Below are positions 62,353 through 64,000 of a DNA stretch of 64,000 bases, piece by piece. Position 1 is the stretch's first letter, and each line of letters starts with the position of its first letter. Below the pieces are notes generated by a model. The model was not told the origin of the DNA. It worked only from the letters and a program-made list of their open reading frames with translations, and searched no databases. The stretch covers positions 53,012,001 through 53,076,000 of the forward strand of contig NC_058382.1 in NCBI RefSeq assembly GCF_018350175.1. Direction: 5' to 3'. The translations under genes were made by a program, and so were the position numbers. This stretch comes from Felis catus (taxonomy: Eukaryota).

Positions 62353-64000
62353 AAAATCGGTTATTAGACCCCGAGGTTATTCACAAGCCAGTGTTTTTAT
62401 TACAACAAAACCAAAAACAAAACAAAGGCCGGTTAGGATGGCCAGCATTCAATTCTTCATGTTCAGGATCCAACAAAGACTCCTGTATTTCTACCAGAAA
62501 GTCAAACCCACTTGAGTCATGACAAAATTAGGGGGCGGGGGAGGGAGGACGTTAAGGGTGCTGATGCGCTCAGCTCAAAAGACTCATTGCAAAAGAATAT
62601 GTCTGGCCTCCACCATCATTTGGATACGTTCGGTGGAAATAAGGCAAAAGCATATGGTTTACATTTCCGCTATAAAGAAATATGGGTGGGAACCTTGTGG
62701 GACCCAAGTTGCAATAACAAATACAGATACTTGACAAGGCTTGGCAGGCGAAGACAGAATATTTCTGTGTTTACCTGACAATGTGACTAGAGTCCGGCCC
62801 ACGGGGGAGCAATCCATTTGGTTGTGACCCGTCGCACCCTGGCAGAATGTCCTTGCAGAGACATTATAATGTCAGCCTGGGAAGTCTCTCCCTCCCCCTT
62901 CCAGGCAAGCTCTCCCTCCATTGAGAGATGCTGATATTGTCACACCAGTTAATATGCACAGTGGCACCACTTGGGACACTGGGCGATCCTGGATCGTCTT
63001 ACTGTGCGATATCACCGTGTAATAACACGCCAGGAGGAGACGCTGACTTTCGCGTGCGTTTAATTTTCCCATTCCAAAGTCCTTTAAAAAAAAAAAAAAT
63101 CTAACTCTGACTTCTCTTTTGGTGTGTGATTATTTGAATGGCTTCTGTTACCATTAATTCTGGTTTACCTCCCCCCCCCTTTTTTTGTTATGTCTCTCTA
63201 TCTCACGATTTGAAGCATCAAACTCACTGAAACAAAAACGGGGGAGACTCCTCCTGCTTCGTCGTATATATTTGGTTTCACAACAAAAGCGTCTTTGGTA
63301 AGCTAGAGACTAAATGACTATTTTTGGGTCCAGCACACCTCTGGTCAGGAAAAAAAAAAACTTAAAAAGTTAATAAATGTGGAGTTTTCTTTTTCCATTT
63401 CTTTCCATGACAGATCAAAAGTCACATGAGTGGTATTGCAATGCAGCTGCCCAGATTACTTGGCCTCTGAATAATAAATAGGGAGTTTCTAGAACCACCA
63501 GCTCATTAATGAGCACTAATTCAGAATGGATGGCACAATGTTCAGTAATTTAAGCAACGTGGACAATGAAGGTTCTCAACTCTGGTACAAAGAGCGGCCT
63601 ACAGAATCATGTGGAATGAGTAATTACAGCTAATATCCATTTCAGCTCGTATTAGAATGTCCAGAGAAACAAGGTCGCAACGGCGGGCTGGGAGCTGGTC
63701 CCGGGGAGCATCATGCGGGGGGAGAGGGAGTCAGCAGGGCAGGTGAACTGTTCCCATTACTTGGCCTCACCCAAGAGGGAGCCCCTGGCCGCTCCCACCG
63801 GCACTGGGCAGAAGAGCCTCAATGACTCAGTCACCGAGACTGTCCGTGTCTGGTGGCTCGAGTGTTCGGCAAAGGATGGCCACGAAGGCAGAGGTGGATC
63901 CAGCCCCCACCTACCTGCAGCCTTGTTCTGCTGTTGGAGCACATGGGGGAGCAAGGTTCTGGATGCTTCTTCTCCCAGGGGCCCATGGGAAAGTGCCCCC

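Overview
Mammalian genomic DNA, almost certainly from a felid: it carries 23 tRNA-derived Can-SINEs of the feliform SINEC_Fc type and a carnivore L1 3' end. I find no recognisable protein-coding exon, RNA gene or CRISPR array. The ORF track is explained by SINEs, LTRs, a GGT/GAT tandem repeat and chance ORFs in GC-rich DNA, so the window looks like a large intron or an intergenic region. It contains Can-SINEs, MaLR/ERV solo LTRs (MLT1, MER21-like, LTR16-like), old L1/L2/MIR fragments, hAT relics, microsatellites and several repeat-free motif-rich blocks that may be enhancers. The most unusual signals are (1) a co-oriented cluster of about 7 ZNF143/Staf-type sites overlapping RBPJ-type GTGGGAA words at ~22.2-22.5 kb, (2) a fourfold ~30-bp CCAAT-box array inside a MER21-like LTR, (3) an 800-bp GGT/GAT repeat punctuated by 8 invariant 14-bp anchors, and (4) a SINE with a second copy of its own 3' tail in front of its head, inside one TSD. 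Repeat family names come from remembered consensus sequences, and old-repeat boundaries are approximate. I cannot claim a new biological system from sequence alone.
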